This document shows, piece by piece, positions 40,226 to 51,206 of a stretch of 64,000 nucleotides of DNA. Positions within the stretch are counted from its first letter, which is position 1. Each line of letters opens with the position of its first letter. The position numbers and the translations under genes were made by a program. This DNA comes from Alphaproteobacteria bacterium. Its GTDB lineage: Bacteria; Pseudomonadota; Alphaproteobacteria; SHVV01. The DNA lies in assembly GCA_965261735.1 (NCBI GenBank), contig OZ253470.1:352001-416000 (forward strand), read 5' to 3'. The notes below the pieces were generated by a model that was not told the DNA's origin, did not search any database, and worked only from the letters and a program-made list of their open reading frames with translations.

Positions 40226-40981
40226 GCCCGAGACATGAACCGCTTAAATGACGCGATGTGATCGTCGCTCGGTAAATAATCGTCCGCGACAAGCAAACGG
40301 ATTTCATCAGCAATATCGCGGCGATTGATTGTGAATATACTTCCGCCGCCGTTATCGATCATATAATCGAGTGCACCGCACCAAGCATTAATGTATCCAT
40401 GGCCCCCCCGGTATTAACGAAACCGAATTTTCTTTCCCCTTCATTTCATGCTTGGCTAGTGAAATCCGGATGGCTTCAAGGCGAGGAAAAAGCAAATTCG
40501 TGCGCATAAGGTCTCTGTTTATTGCGCTCACTTTGTTTGAATCAGCAAGGATAACTCTAATCTGATCGGCGCGGATCTGCCGCCCGAAATGCTGGTAGTC
40601 ATCTTCCTTCTCTAGAGCCGCGAGTTTCTGCTCAAGACCACCGGATTCGGCCCATTTAATCATGTCTTTTGCACGCTGGCGCCAAGTTCGCATGAGTTCA
40701 TAGGCTGCAAAAATCCACATCTGCGATTGCGCTGACAGAAAAGCGGCTTCCTGGATTAGCGTTCGTTCTTCAGCTATGTGCTTTTGATGGAGTTGTGATT
40801 CGAGATCCATTAGGAATTGATCGACAAGGGAAAGATTAAAGGTTTGCATGCTCAAGAATGGGTCATCTCCCAGTAGCTTGAGTTTGCAGAGCGCCTGACG
40901 GAGTGCAGATGAGTCGACCTCGAATACATCCTGATAGGGCGGCTGGTCGCTGAATTCTTCTCTGTGCTTTTCGTCCGTCAT
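40219..40981 (-). pseudogene. Hypothetical protein frameshifted at a G7 tract (possible HEPN-like RISLAKH motif)
   Basis: 197-aa ORF stops just after GGGGGGG (40403-40409). Removing one G continues GHGYINAWCGALDY...INRRDIADEIRLL to TGA at 40219. Confidence 0.65.
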
Positions 40982-41364
40982 GTCAGTCTGTCACCAAGGA
41001 TTAGTGAGGGTGGGATACAGTCCGAGCCACAAAAACAGACGTTTTTCGAGCGGTCATTCACGGTGAGCCTCCGTAGCCGCCATTGGGGGATCGCGGTCGT
41101 GGCGCGGGACCACGATGGCGCTTAATGACCGCGTCGTTTCCCAGGCTTTGCCCACCGCTGTCCCGATCCTGGACCTGGGTACCGTAGACTACCGGGTGCG
41201 ATGCGCAAACGTGATCTCCAGCCTACGTCGATCGCAAAAAACGTCCGTATCTGCGCCAACGGCCTGCCATGTGGCCAATCCGAGCGACAGCGATGAGAAC
41301 CCTCGTCGGAGATCGACGCTTTCGTCGCGCGACAATTCTGGCCGGTCGAGGCGCAAATGGTCAC

Positions 41365-41470
41365 GCAGGACGGCGAGCGAGGCGACCATGGCCAGTGACA
41401 TCAAGACCGTCTGGTTGACTCCGGCCATGATGGTTCGTGCGGCGAGCGGCAGCTCGACCTTCCAGGGCAG
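41365..41470 (-). pseudogene. ProW/OpuAB-like ABC permease fragment
   Basis: WKVELPLAARTIMAGVNQTVLMSLAMV. Confidence 0.7.
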
Positions 41471-41677
41471 GGGACGAGATCCTCCGCCTCCTCCGAGGGA
41501 ACGGCTTCTCCATTGATAACAGGACCAGCAAAGCATAAATTAAGAGAATCGGCGCGAGTGCCAGTACGCTGAACGGGGGACGAGACCGCATGCGAAGTCT
41601 CACAGACGGCGTACGACAACAGGCGCGAAGCCGTCCGGACATCGCCTGCCAAACTCCCAGGGTTTCATGACGTGTTT

Positions 41678-41844
41678 GTGAAGGGTACACGTACGCGTGC
41701 GATCGTGGGGTCGTTTGTCTTCTTCTGGGTCGCTCCCGCTGTCGTTGCCGGCGTCGTCCCGTTCGCACTGGTCGGTTGGACGATGCAGCCACCGCTGCTC
41801 GGGCTACCGGGCGAGCGGGTAGTGGGTGTCGCGGCAGTCGCGGC
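41678..41844 (+). pseudogene. Isoprenylcysteine carboxyl methyltransferase-like membrane protein, N-terminal fragment
   Basis: AIVGSFVFFWVAPAVVAGVVP; cut by IS6. Confidence 0.5.
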
Positions 41845-42647
41845 GGCATTGACACGTTAACTGCCGCGTTCGGCACAATTGGATCGTGATCTGGATCAGG
41901 CAGCACACCAGCCTTGATTCCAGACAGCGAACGTCTCGGCTCGAAACGCCTTGAAAATGCGGCGGGGTAAAAGATGGCGCTGGACGTAGAAAGCGTTGTA
42001 GACGGCGGCGTGGATTGAAAGGAACCGTTGGGCGGATCCCGGTGAATTGAACCGCTGTTGTTTTCGTTCGCGTCGACGTACCGGCTGGTGTGAATTCTCG
42101 GCTCGATTGTTCGCCCGCAATCCCTGATCGTGAATAGCGGTAAGTCGCTCTTTGCGGATCGCAACAGCGTAGGATTTGAGCTTGTCCGTGGTAATGCGCT
42201 TCGGCGCAAAGCCCTGCTTCTTCAGCAGCTTCCGCAGCAACCTCTGCGCCGATCGGGCGCAGCGTCGTGGCTGGACCAGGAAGTCGAGAACTTCACCTTC
42301 GTCGTCGACCGCCCGCCACAGCCAATGTCTTCGGCCGCGGATCCTGATGATCATTTCGTCAAGGTGCCAACGAGCACTGGCACGTGGACGGCTGCGGCGA
42401 AGATTGCCTGAGATCAGGCGCCCGAATTTCAGAAACCAGCGTCGCACCGTCTCGTTCGAGACATCGATACCGCGCTCGGCCAGCAGGTCCTCGACATCGC
42501 GAAATGACAGCGTGAACCGAGCATAGAGCCAGACCGCATGCTGGATGATCTCTGGCGAAAAACGATGTCGCTTGAAAGAAATTGGCGTCATACGCCGACG
42601 GTAGCGGCCCCTGCCCGATCCGGCCACCGACTTAACGTGTCAATGCC
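41845..42647 (-). mobile_element. IS6-family element type 2, copy a
   Basis: TIR GGCATTGACACGTTAA at both ends; 803 bp; no TSD. Confidence 0.95.
41896..42591 (-). CDS. IS6-family transposase
   Basis: MTPISFKRHRF start; WHLDE, TDK and NRAENSH motifs. Confidence 0.95.
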   Translation of the reverse strand: MTPISFKRHRFSPEIIQHAVWLYARFTLSFRDVEDLLAERGIDVSNETVRRWFLKFGRLISGNLRRSRPRASARWHLDEMIIRIRGRRHWLWRAVDDEGEVLDFLVQPRRCARSAQRLLRKLLKKQGFAPKRITTDKLKSYAVAIRKERLTAIHDQGLRANNRAENSHQPVRRRERKQQRFNSPGSAQRFLSIHAAVYNAFYVQRHLLPRRIFKAFRAETFAVWNQGWCAA

Positions 42648-42939
42648 GTCTGAATAGCTTTCGCGAAGTGCTCAGCGGGTTGCGGCACTCAGGGTAATCG
42701 AGTGGGCGAACACTGTGGCCCGCCCAGGAACGCCGACAGCGCGTGGGCATGGAATACCCAAGCTTCCGGGACAGCATCTTCCCGAAAGTGGCTTTGCCCT
42801 TGAGCGTCCCTGACCCGTGAAGTTCAAATTTGGACACTACTGACGGTTTGGACTCCTTGACATCCCAGTCTCCAGAGATACGCCTTGCTAGATTTGGAAA
42901 CGTCTGTGACCCTGCGTGGACCTTCGCGAGAAGGGTAAG

Positions 42940-43570
42940 TGTCAACGGCGGAGCAAAATTAGTCCACCCGGGCGGAGCAAAACTAGTCCACTTAACGTTA
43001 TGCGGTACGCGGTGTTGGGGGGTTGTCCCGGTAGTCCATAGGAGGGACCCGCGCTGCTTCGAGTAGCGCTTGCGTTACGCGGAGCGAAGCAGCGTGGGAG
43101 GTTCCTGTGGACCCACCGGGTCAACCATTGCACTGGCGGTTAAGCAGGTATTTTGGGGATTTTCGCCGTTTTTGGCTTTGGTTGAGACGATAGCTCTCGC
43201 CGTTCATTTCCAGGATATGGACATGGTGGGTGAGGCGGTCCAGCAAAGCCCCGGTCAGGCGTTCCGAGCCGAATATCTCCGTCCACTCATCGAACGGCAA
43301 GTTGGAGGTCACCAGGATCGAGCCCCGCTCGTAGCGCTGGCTGAAGACTTCGAACAGCAGCTCGGCGCCGGTCTTCGAGAGCGGCACGAAGCCGAGTTCG
43401 TCGATGATCAGAAGGTGATACTTTGCCAGTTGCTTCTGCAGGCGCAACAGGCGTTTTTCATCCCTGGCCTCCATCCGTTCATGAACCAGGGCAGCGGCCG
43501 TGAGGAAGCCGACGGAGAGCCCCTTTTGGCAGGCCGCCAGACCGAGACCGAGGGCGATATGGGTCTTGCC
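42940..43570 (-). mobile_element. IS21-family 3' remnant (istB C-terminus and right end), cut by IS6
   Basis: Near-identical to 57772-58403; IIDELG and LLDRLTHH motifs; end TGTCAACGGCGG. Confidence 0.92.
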
Positions 43571-44376
43571 GGCATTGTCACGTTAACAGCGTGGCTTCGG
43601 CACGGCCGGTGCTTTAGCGTCTCTGGATGTGCAAGATATCCTACCGTCGTCACCGCTTTCCACCGGTCATCATCCAGCATGCCGTCTGGCTCTATTGCCG
43701 TTTCACGCTGAGCTATCGGGACGTTGATGACCTGCTTGCCGAGCGTGGTCTCGACATCTCGTATGAGACAGTTCGAAGATGGGTCTTGAAATTCGGTCGG
43801 GCCTATGCGCGGCGGATTCAACGTCGGCGGCCACGACCGACCGAACGCTGGCACCTGGACGAGATGGTCGTCGTAATTCGAGGGAGGCAGTTCTATCTCT
43901 GGCGTGCCGTGGACAGTGAGGGCGAAGTCCTGGATTTCCTGGTTCAATCCCGCAGGAACGCTCGGGCGGCAATTCGGCTGATGCGGAAACTCTTGAAGAA
44001 GCAGGGCTTCGCGCCGGCGACGATTGTAACCGATAAACTCCGCTCCTACGGCACCGCGATCCGTTTGCTTGCCCTCTCGGCTCAGCATGAGCAAGGCCTG
44101 CGAAAGAACAATCGGGCAGAAAATTCACATCAGCCGGTGCGACGACGAGAGCGAAAGATGCAGCGGTTCAAATCGCCCGCGTCCGCGCAGCGGTTCCTCG
44201 CCGTCCATGCGACCGTCTACAACCTCTTCAACGTCCAACGCCATCTGGTCTCCCGCCGAACACTCCGCCAATTCCGCGGCGACGCGATGAGACAGTGGCG
44301 GCAAGTGACGACCGTTGCATAATCTCCGGCGTCGGCGCCCACAAGCTGGCCAAATGGCGGTTAACGTGACAACGTC
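43571..44376 (+). mobile_element. IS6-family element type 1, copy b
   Basis: GGCATTGTCACGTTAAC / GTTAACGTGACAACGTC; near-identical to 11840-12645. Confidence 0.95.
43627..44322 (+). CDS. IS6-family transposase
   Basis: One amino acid different from the copy at 11894. Confidence 0.95.
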   Translation: MCKISYRRHRFPPVIIQHAVWLYCRFTLSYRDVDDLLAERGLDISYETVRRWVLKFGRAYARRIQRRRPRPTERWHLDEMVVVIRGRQFYLWRAVDSEGEVLDFLVQSRRNARAAIRLMRKLLKKQGFAPATIVTDKLRSYGTAIRLLALSAQHEQGLRKNNRAENSHQPVRRRERKMQRFKSPASAQRFLAVHATVYNLFNVQRHLVSRRTLRQFRGDAMRQWRQVTTVA

Positions 44377-44521
44377 GGTCCTGCTGTTCCCGGCGTGGCT
44401 GCCGCATTCGGTGGACGCCAACCGCGGCGATCGAGACCGGATCAGCGTGAGCTTCAACGTCATGCTGTCCGGCTACGCGGCGGAGCTGAGCAAGCCGCTA
44501 TGGCAGGGCGAGCACCACTGA
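44377..44521 (+). pseudogene. 2OG-Fe(II) oxygenase family C-terminal fragment
   Basis: LLFPAWLPHSV...RISVSFN; 5' part removed by IS6. Confidence 0.8.
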
Positions 44522-44531
44522 CGTGTGGATC

Positions 44532-46052
44532 ATGAGGGCCTTGGACTACCACGAGTCCACCAAGCATTCGTGGGAGCGCATTCGCGCCAATCCCCACTCC
44601 CTCGACTTTGCGAACATGCCGCACCCCTTCAAGATCTATATCGACTTGGCGCGCCAGCCGCTCTCGACCGATTTGCCGGACTCGGCGGTTCCGGCGCTGG
44701 CCGCGCTGGCAGAACCGGGAGTAGACGCCGGCGGCGACCGGGTCGCGGGCCGGAATGAGCTGGCGCACCTGCTGTCGGCTGTCGGCATCACCAAGCGGCG
44801 GCGCTATCCGGGCGGCGAGATGCTGTTCCGCGGTGCGCCTTGCACCGGCGCGCTCTACCACATCGAGGTCTACGTGATCTGCACCGACCTGAAAGACCTG
44901 CCGGCCGGCGTCTATCAGTTCCAGCCGAAGGATTCCTCAGTGTGCCTGCTACGGCCGGGCGATTGCCGGCAGGTCCTCATCGACGCGAGCGGCGCGCACG
45001 CCGCCGTGGCCGACGCGCCGGTGGTGCTGGTCCTGACGAGCACGTGGTGGCGCAACGCCTGGAAGTATCAGGCGCGTGCCTATCGCCACGCTTGGTGGGA
45101 TTCGGGCTGCATGGCGGCCAACCTCCTGGCGCAGGCGGCGGCCCTGGAGCTCCCGGCCGCCTTGGTGGCCGGTTATGCCGACGACCCCGTCAACCGGCTG
45201 CTCGACGTCGATCCTGAGAAGGAGGCGTCCCTGATGCTGATGCCGATCGGGCGCGGCGGTCCGGCTCACGCGGCGCATCCGCCCCGGCTTGCCCCGCTCG
45301 GACTGTCGACGGAGCCGCTCTCGCATCACGAGGTGGCGTACCCGAACATTCCAGCGGTCCACGCCGCTTCCTGCCTGAACACTGGAGCCGAGGCGGCCGC
45401 GTGGCGCGGGGCCATGGACGAAGGCACCGAAGCCTCTCCAGACCGGCTCGTCCCCCTGCAACCAGCGGCGGACGATGCGGTTCCGGCCGAACCGCTGGAG
45501 GCCGTGATCCGGCGTCGCGGATCGAGCCGCCGGTTTACCGGCAAAAGCATCTCCTTCACCGCGCTCTCGACGATCCTGGACCGGACCGACCGCGCCATTG
45601 CCGCGGACTTTCTGGCCCCCTCCGGAGCGTCCCTCTGCGACCTCTATCTGATCGTCAACGCCGTCGACGGGCTCCCCGCAGGAACCTACGCATACAGGCC
45701 CGCGCACGGCGGGCTGGAGCCGCTCCGCGAGGGAACGTTTCGGGAGGAAGCGACGGCCTTGGCGCTGGGGCAGGACCTGGCGGGCGAGGCCAGCGTCAAC
45801 CTCTACTTCCTCGCCAACCTGCAACGCGTGACGGCGCGCTTCGGCGATCGCGGCTATCGCGCGGCCGAGCTCGAAGGGGGGATACGGGGCGGCAGGGTCT
45901 ATCTCGCCGCCTATGCGCTGGGACTGGAGGCCACGGGGCTGACCTTCCTCGATGACGACGTGACCGCATTCTTCTCGCCCCACGCGGCCGACAAATCGGT
46001 CATGTTCCTCGCGGCCGTGGGCCGGCCGGGCCGGCCTTACGCCGTTTCCTGA
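44532..46052 (+). CDS. SagB/ThcOx-family dehydrogenase (tandem nitroreductase domains)
   Basis: YHESTKH, RGAPCTGALY, WKYQARAYR, RRRGSSRRF and GDRGYR motifs. Confidence 0.9.
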   Translation: MRALDYHESTKHSWERIRANPHSLDFANMPHPFKIYIDLARQPLSTDLPDSAVPALAALAEPGVDAGGDRVAGRNELAHLLSAVGITKRRRYPGGEMLFRGAPCTGALYHIEVYVICTDLKDLPAGVYQFQPKDSSVCLLRPGDCRQVLIDASGAHAAVADAPVVLVLTSTWWRNAWKYQARAYRHAWWDSGCMAANLLAQAAALELPAALVAGYADDPVNRLLDVDPEKEASLMLMPIGRGGPAHAAHPPRLAPLGLSTEPLSHHEVAYPNIPAVHAASCLNTGAEAAAWRGAMDEGTEASPDRLVPLQPAADDAVPAEPLEAVIRRRGSSRRFTGKSISFTALSTILDRTDRAIAADFLAPSGASLCDLYLIVNAVDGLPAGTYAYRPAHGGLEPLREGTFREEATALALGQDLAGEASVNLYFLANLQRVTARFGDRGYRAAELEGGIRGGRVYLAAYALGLEATGLTFLDDDVTAFFSPHAADKSVMFLAAVGRPGRPYAVS

Positions 46053-46075
46053 GCGGGGTATCTGGTGTCGAGCCG

Positions 46076-46996
46076 ATGGCGTCCAAATTAGTGACGGTTT
46101 TCGGGGGATCGGGATTCCTCGGCCACCGGATCGTGGAACACCTGGCCGCAGCGGGGCACGACGTGCGTGTGGGCGTGCGCCATCCCGACCGCGCCGCCTT
46201 CCTGCGGCGGCTCGACGCGGACGGCCGGATCGAGCTGGTGCACGCAGATGTATGGGACGAGGCGACGGTCACACGGGCGGTGAACGGCGCGACTTCGGTC
46301 ATCAACACCGTCGGCCACTATGTCGAGAAAGGAGGCACGACATTCGATAGGATCCACGGCGAAGGAGCCCTGCACGTCGCCAGGCAGACGAAGCAGGCGG
46401 GGGTCCTGCGACTGATCCATATCTCAGGCCTGGGCGCCGATCCCGGGTCGGACTCGCCTTACGTCCGTGCCCGGGGGACCGGAGAAAGCCTCGTCAAGGA
46501 GGCCTTCGATGGCGTCACGATCCTGCGCCCCGGCGTGATATTCGGTCCGGATGATTCCTTCCTGAACAGACTTGCCATGTTGGCACGGCAAAGCCCGGTG
46601 CTGCCGCTGTTCGGAATTGGAGGCACGAGACTGCAACCCGTGTTCGTGGAAAACGTCGCGGAAGCCTGCGTGAGGGTTCTAGCCAATCCCTCCACTCGAT
46701 GCCGCGTCTACGAACTCGGTGGGCCGCGGGTATACGCCTACAAGGAACTCGTACAGTTGGTGCTCGAAGGGATCGGCAGGCGTACGGTCATGATCCCGGT
46801 CCCCTTCCTCGTGTGGGACATCCTCGCGGCCGTGACGGCATTTCACCCCGATCCGCCGCTGACCCGCGATCAGGTGAAATTGATGTCACGGCACAATGTC
46901 GTCGGGCGGCAGGCGTTGACCCTGGAAGACCTGGGCATTCGCCCTACTCCGGTGGAAGAGGTTTTGTCCGCCTGCATTGGCGTGACCCCCTCCTGA
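46076..46996 (+). CDS. NDUFA9-like NAD(P)-dependent epimerase/SDR
   Basis: VFGGSGFLG, HISGLGAD, ILRPGVIFG and LQPVFV motifs. Confidence 0.9.
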   Translation: MASKLVTVFGGSGFLGHRIVEHLAAAGHDVRVGVRHPDRAAFLRRLDADGRIELVHADVWDEATVTRAVNGATSVINTVGHYVEKGGTTFDRIHGEGALHVARQTKQAGVLRLIHISGLGADPGSDSPYVRARGTGESLVKEAFDGVTILRPGVIFGPDDSFLNRLAMLARQSPVLPLFGIGGTRLQPVFVENVAEACVRVLANPSTRCRVYELGGPRVYAYKELVQLVLEGIGRRTVMIPVPFLVWDILAAVTAFHPDPPLTRDQVKLMSRHNVVGRQALTLEDLGIRPTPVEEVLSACIGVTPS

Positions 46997-47122
46997 TAGC
47001 TGCGGGGCGGCGCGCAGGTTCGACGCCGATCGGCACGCCAAGCAATTGATCTGATTGGAATCCAAGGAATCGAGTTTGCGCGCCGGACAATGGCCTCGGG
47101 TGTGCGGCCGCATCCCGTCCCC

Positions 47123-47324
47123 CTACCAGCGCATCTCGCCGCGCAGCATCAGGCCGTGCTCGGGCACCTCGTCGTTGACGGAATCGCGACGGGTCGCTTC
47201 GAGATTCAGATCGAGGACGTTCCCCAGGCGGTAGCCGTAGCCCGCGCGCAGGAAGCGGGCGTCTGCGCCGAACTCGCTTTCGAGGTTCCACTCCGTGAAC
47301 CCCAGCCGCAGGAGATGGCCGAGC
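47123..47324 (-). pseudogene. Outer-membrane beta-barrel/autotransporter-like C-terminal fragment
   Basis: Alternating beta strands ending LNLEATRR...PEHGLMLRGEMRW with a terminal aromatic residue; cut by IS6. Confidence 0.65.
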
Positions 47325-48126
47325 GGCATTGACACGTTAAGTCGGTGGCCGGATCGGGCAGGGCCGCTACCGTCGGCGTATGACGCCAATTTCTTTCAAG
47401 CGACATCGTTTTTCGCCAGAGATCATCCAGCATGCGGTCTGGCTCTATGCTCGGTTCACGCTGTCATTTCGCGATGTCGAGGACCTGCTGGCCGAGCGCG
47501 GTATCGATGTCTCGAACGAGACGGTGCGACGCTGGTTTCTGAAATTCGGGCGCCTGATCTCAGGCAATCTTCGCCGCAGCCGTCCACGTGCCAGTGCTCG
47601 TTGGCACCTTGACGAAATGATCATCAGGATCCGCGGCCGAAGACATTGGCTGTGGCGGGCGGTCGACGACGAAGGTGAAGTTCTCGACTTCCTGGTCCAG
47701 CCACGACGCTGCGCCCGATCGGCGCAGAGGTTGCTGCGGAAGCTGCTGAAGAAGCAGGGCTTTGCGCCGAAGCGCATTACCACGGACAAGCTCAAATCCT
47801 ACGCTGTTGCGATCCGCAAAGAGCGACTTACCGCTATTCACGATCAGGGATTGCGGGCGAACAATCGAGCCGAGAATTCACACCAGCCGGTACGTCGACG
47901 CGAACGAAAACAACAGCGGTTCAATTCACCGGGATCCGCCCAACGGTTCCTTTCAATCCACGCCGCCGTCTACAACGCTTTCTACGTCCAGCGCCATCTT
48001 TTACCCCGCCGCATTTTCAAGGCGTTTCGAGCCGAGACGTTCGCTGTCTGGAATCAAGGCTGGTGTGCTGCCTGATCCAGATCACGATCCAATTGTGCCG
48101 AACGCGGCAGTTAACGTGTCAATGCC
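47325..48126 (+). mobile_element. IS6-family element type 2, copy b
   Basis: Same TIRs and sequence as copy a apart from a 1-bp deletion upstream of the ORF. Confidence 0.95.
47380..48075 (+). CDS. IS6-family transposase
   Basis: Protein identical to copy a. Confidence 0.95.
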   Translation: MTPISFKRHRFSPEIIQHAVWLYARFTLSFRDVEDLLAERGIDVSNETVRRWFLKFGRLISGNLRRSRPRASARWHLDEMIIRIRGRRHWLWRAVDDEGEVLDFLVQPRRCARSAQRLLRKLLKKQGFAPKRITTDKLKSYAVAIRKERLTAIHDQGLRANNRAENSHQPVRRRERKQQRFNSPGSAQRFLSIHAAVYNAFYVQRHLLPRRIFKAFRAETFAVWNQGWCAA

Positions 48127-48196
48127 CTCCTTAGGCAGGCCCGCGCGGAAGCACCTTGATCGCCCAGCCGGAAGCGCCTTGTTCGAGTGCGGGGCG

Positions 48197-49441
48197 CTAG
48201 GCCGCGCGCTTATCGAAACGCCGGGTCCGCCTGCGGCGCTTGCGGGGGCTCGGTGCCGGTCGAGGCGCCGCGCCCTTGCCGTTATTGCCCGACGCGGCCA
48301 CAGTCTCGTCCGGCGCCTCGCCGACAACCCGCAATGACTCTTTGATCAACCGCTCGATCGCGCGCAGTTGCGGCCGCTCGCTGGCATCGCAGAACGAGAT
48401 CGCGATGCCCGCGGCGCCCGCGCGCGCGGTGCGGCCGATCCGGTGAACGTAGCATTCGGGCTCGTTCGGCAGCTCGTAATTGATGACGTGGGTGACGTCG
48501 TCGACGTCAAGCCCGCGCGCGGCGACATCGGTGGCCACCAGCACCCGCACTTCTCCGGTGCGGAAGTTTTCGAGCGCCCGTTGGCGCGCATTTTGGGACT
48601 TATTGCCATGCAGCGCATCGGCACTGACCCCGCCAAGGGCGAGCCGTTTGACCACCTGGTTGGCGCCGCGTTTGGTGCGCGTAAATACCAGCACCTTTTT
48701 GAGATCGGGTGCGGCAAGAAGCTTGGCCAGAAGATCGCGTTTCGAGGCCGTGGCGAGGTGATGGACGTGTTGCTCGACGCGCTCCACCGCCACCCTCTTG
48801 GCCGCGATTTCGACCCGTTCGGGCTCGAACAGGACCTCGCCGGCGAGCTTCGCAACCTCGGCCGGCATGGTCGCCGAAAAGAGCTGTGTCTGCCGCTCAT
48901 CAGGCAGCATCGCCACGATCTTACGCACGTCGCGGATGAAGCCCATGTCGAACATGCGGTCGGCCTCGTCGATGATGAGGTATTCGCACTGGCTCAAATC
49001 GGCGCGGCGCTGCTGCGCGAGATCGAGAAGCCGGCCCGGCGTGGCAACCAGAATGTCGACGCCGCGGCGCAGCGCCTCGATCTGGGGCCGCTCGGGGACG
49101 CCGCCCATGACGACCGCCTGGCGGAATTGCAGGTGCCGCCCATAGGTCTTGATGCTGCTGGAGATCTGTAGCGCGAGTTCGCGCGTGGGCGCGAGAATTA
49201 GCGCTCGCGTCGTCCACGGCGAAGCCTTGACGCCGTCTTCGACGAGGTTCTGCAGAAGCGGCAGCGTGAACGCCGCTGTCTTGCCGGTGCCCGTCTGGGC
49301 GATACCGAGCAGATCCATGCCGTCCAGCAGGTACGGAATGGCGCGACGTTGAATGGGGGTGGGGGTGTCGTACTGCGCGTCTTCAAGCGCGCGTAAAAGC
49401 CGCTCGGAGAGCCCGAGTTCGGCGAAAGCTGAAACTGTCAA
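48197..49441 (-). CDS. DEAD-box RNA helicase (RhlE-like)
   Basis: Q motif FAELGL...TPIQ, AQTGTGKT, PTRELA, DEAD, SAT and HRIGRTAR; basic tail; start codon uncertain (TTG 49441 or GTG 49525). Confidence 0.93.
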   Translation of the reverse strand: MTVSAFAELGLSERLLRALEDAQYDTPTPIQRRAIPYLLDGMDLLGIAQTGTGKTAAFTLPLLQNLVEDGVKASPWTTRALILAPTRELALQISSSIKTYGRHLQFRQAVVMGGVPERPQIEALRRGVDILVATPGRLLDLAQQRRADLSQCEYLIIDEADRMFDMGFIRDVRKIVAMLPDERQTQLFSATMPAEVAKLAGEVLFEPERVEIAAKRVAVERVEQHVHHLATASKRDLLAKLLAAPDLKKVLVFTRTKRGANQVVKRLALGGVSADALHGNKSQNARQRALENFRTGEVRVLVATDVAARGLDVDDVTHVINYELPNEPECYVHRIGRTARAGAAGIAISFCDASERPQLRAIERLIKESLRVVGEAPDETVAASGNNGKGAAPRPAPSPRKRRRRTRRFDKRAA

Positions 49442-49667
49442 AGATACAAATTCTTTGTTACGGAGACCCGGCGCGCGCGGAGGCGAGCGATCAGGGCTAA
49501 CCGTGTCCTTCTTTTCCACGCGCACTTAGATCAGACGGGAATTGGATGAAATATCCTCGCGGTAATAAGCCCGTTTCGACGGGCAGATCGCGCGACCGCG
49601 AGGAACGCTGCCTTTCAAATGAGCCCTCCCGCCTCGAAAGTCAAGGTGTGGGCCGAAAATCGGATCG

Positions 49668-49850
49668 TCAAACGTCGAGCACCAGATCGGTCGTAAGGGT
49701 CGCGCAACAAATCAGCACTTGACCTCGGTCTGGCGCGTCTAGGGGCTCGTCGCGGTATTCGACGGCGCCTTCGGTGAGCTCGCACATGCACGTGTGGCAA
49801 ATGCCCGAGCGGCAGCTATTCGGAATATCGATGAGAAGGCCTTGGGCCCG
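49668..49850 (-). pseudogene. 2Fe-2S ferredoxin domain, C-terminal fragment
   Basis: SCRSGICHTC...VLICC motif. Confidence 0.75.
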
Positions 49851-49933
49851 CTCCTGAGACCAAGATACGCCACGGAGGCCGCCGGACAGCGCCCGGGCGG
49901 TCGCCATCGCTGTGAGAGGGGAATGGTGTAATG

Positions 49934-50736
49934 GGCATTGACACGTTAACTGCCGCGTTCGGCACAATTGGATCGTGATCTGGATCAGGCAGCACACCAG
50001 CCTTGATTCCAGACAGCGAACGTCTCGGCTCGAAACGCCTTGAAAATGCGGCGGGGTAAAAGGTGGCGCTGGACGTAGAAAGCGTTGTAGACGGCGGCGT
50101 GGATTGAAAGGAACCGTTGGGCGGATCCCGGTGAATTGAACCGCTGTTGTTTTCGTTCGCGTCGACGTACCGGCTGGTGTGAATTCTCGGCTCGATTGTT
50201 CGCCCGCAATCCCTGATCGTGAATAGCGGTAAGTCGCTCTTTGCGGATCGCAACAGCGTAGGATTTGAGCTTGTCCGTGGTAATGCGCTTCGGCGCAAAG
50301 CCCTGCTTCTTCAGCAGCTTCCGCAGCAACCTCTGCGCCGATCGGGCGCAGCGTCGTGGCTGGACCAGGAAGTCGAGAACTTCACCTTCGTCGTCGACCG
50401 CCCGCCACAGCCAATGTCTTCGGCCGCGGATCCTGATGATCATTTCGTCAAGGTGCCAACGAGCACTGGCACGTGGACGGCTGCGGCGAAGATTGCCTGA
50501 GATCAGGCGCCCGAATTTCAGAAACCAGCGTCGCACCGTCTCGTTCGAGACATCGATACCGCGCTCGGCCAGCAGGTCCTCGACATCGCGAAATGACAGC
50601 GTGAACCGAGCATAGAGCCAGACCGCATGCTGGATGATCTCTGGCGAAAAACGATGTCGCTTGAAAGAAATTGGCGTCATACGCCGACGGTAGCGGCCCC
50701 TGCCCGATCCGGCCACCGACTTAACGTGTCAATGCC
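49934..50736 (-). mobile_element. IS6-family element type 2, copy c
   Basis: Same TIRs; 803 bp. Confidence 0.95.
49985..50680 (-). CDS. IS6-family transposase
   Basis: Protein identical to copies a and b. Confidence 0.95.
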   Translation of the reverse strand: MTPISFKRHRFSPEIIQHAVWLYARFTLSFRDVEDLLAERGIDVSNETVRRWFLKFGRLISGNLRRSRPRASARWHLDEMIIRIRGRRHWLWRAVDDEGEVLDFLVQPRRCARSAQRLLRKLLKKQGFAPKRITTDKLKSYAVAIRKERLTAIHDQGLRANNRAENSHQPVRRRERKQQRFNSPGSAQRFLSIHAAVYNAFYVQRHLLPRRIFKAFRAETFAVWNQGWCAA

Positions 50737-51206
50737 TCCCAAACACATGCATGACGAGCTGAGCGAAGATTACCGCGATATGATCTATGCCGACACTGCC
50801 TCCGAGGTGGAAACCCGCCGCAAGGCGTTTGTCCGCAAGTGGCGGCTGAAATGCAGGGCCGTCGCGGACAGCCTCGCAGAAGCGGGCGACAAGCTCTTTA
50901 CCTTCACGCGCCTGTCCAAGAGCCAATGGAAATCAGCCCGAACGACCAACGCCATTGAGCGTCTCAACGAGGAGTTCAAGCGCCGGATCAAAACACAGAC
51001 CGTGCTGCCGTGTCCCGAAACAGTGCCGATGCTCCTCTGGGCGCTCCTCGCTTCCGGCCAAATCCAGATGCGCAAAGTCGATGGATGGGAAACCCTCGAT
51101 CAGCTAATCGCCGACGAAACCCTTGACCGCGCGGCCTGACCGCCGCAAAACTCAACCCGCTCGGAGAGGCGCCAAAACCAATTTCCACCACTTTCGAGAC
51201 ACAACC
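50737..51206 (+). mobile_element. IS256 type B 3' remnant (copy 3), truncated by IS6
   Basis: Matches the 3' third of the other copies, with the right TIR at 51206. Confidence 0.93.

Noticed and set aside
42940-43000. Repeated GGCGGAGCAAAA.TAGTCCAC units (also at 57772) as CRISPR or iterons
   Set aside because: These are the internal repeats of IS21 ends; only two units and no spacers.
44377-46996. SagB-type dehydrogenase as part of a thiazole/oxazole RiPP cluster
   Set aside because: No YcaO, precursor peptide or exporter nearby; stand-alone tandem SagB-like genes are common.
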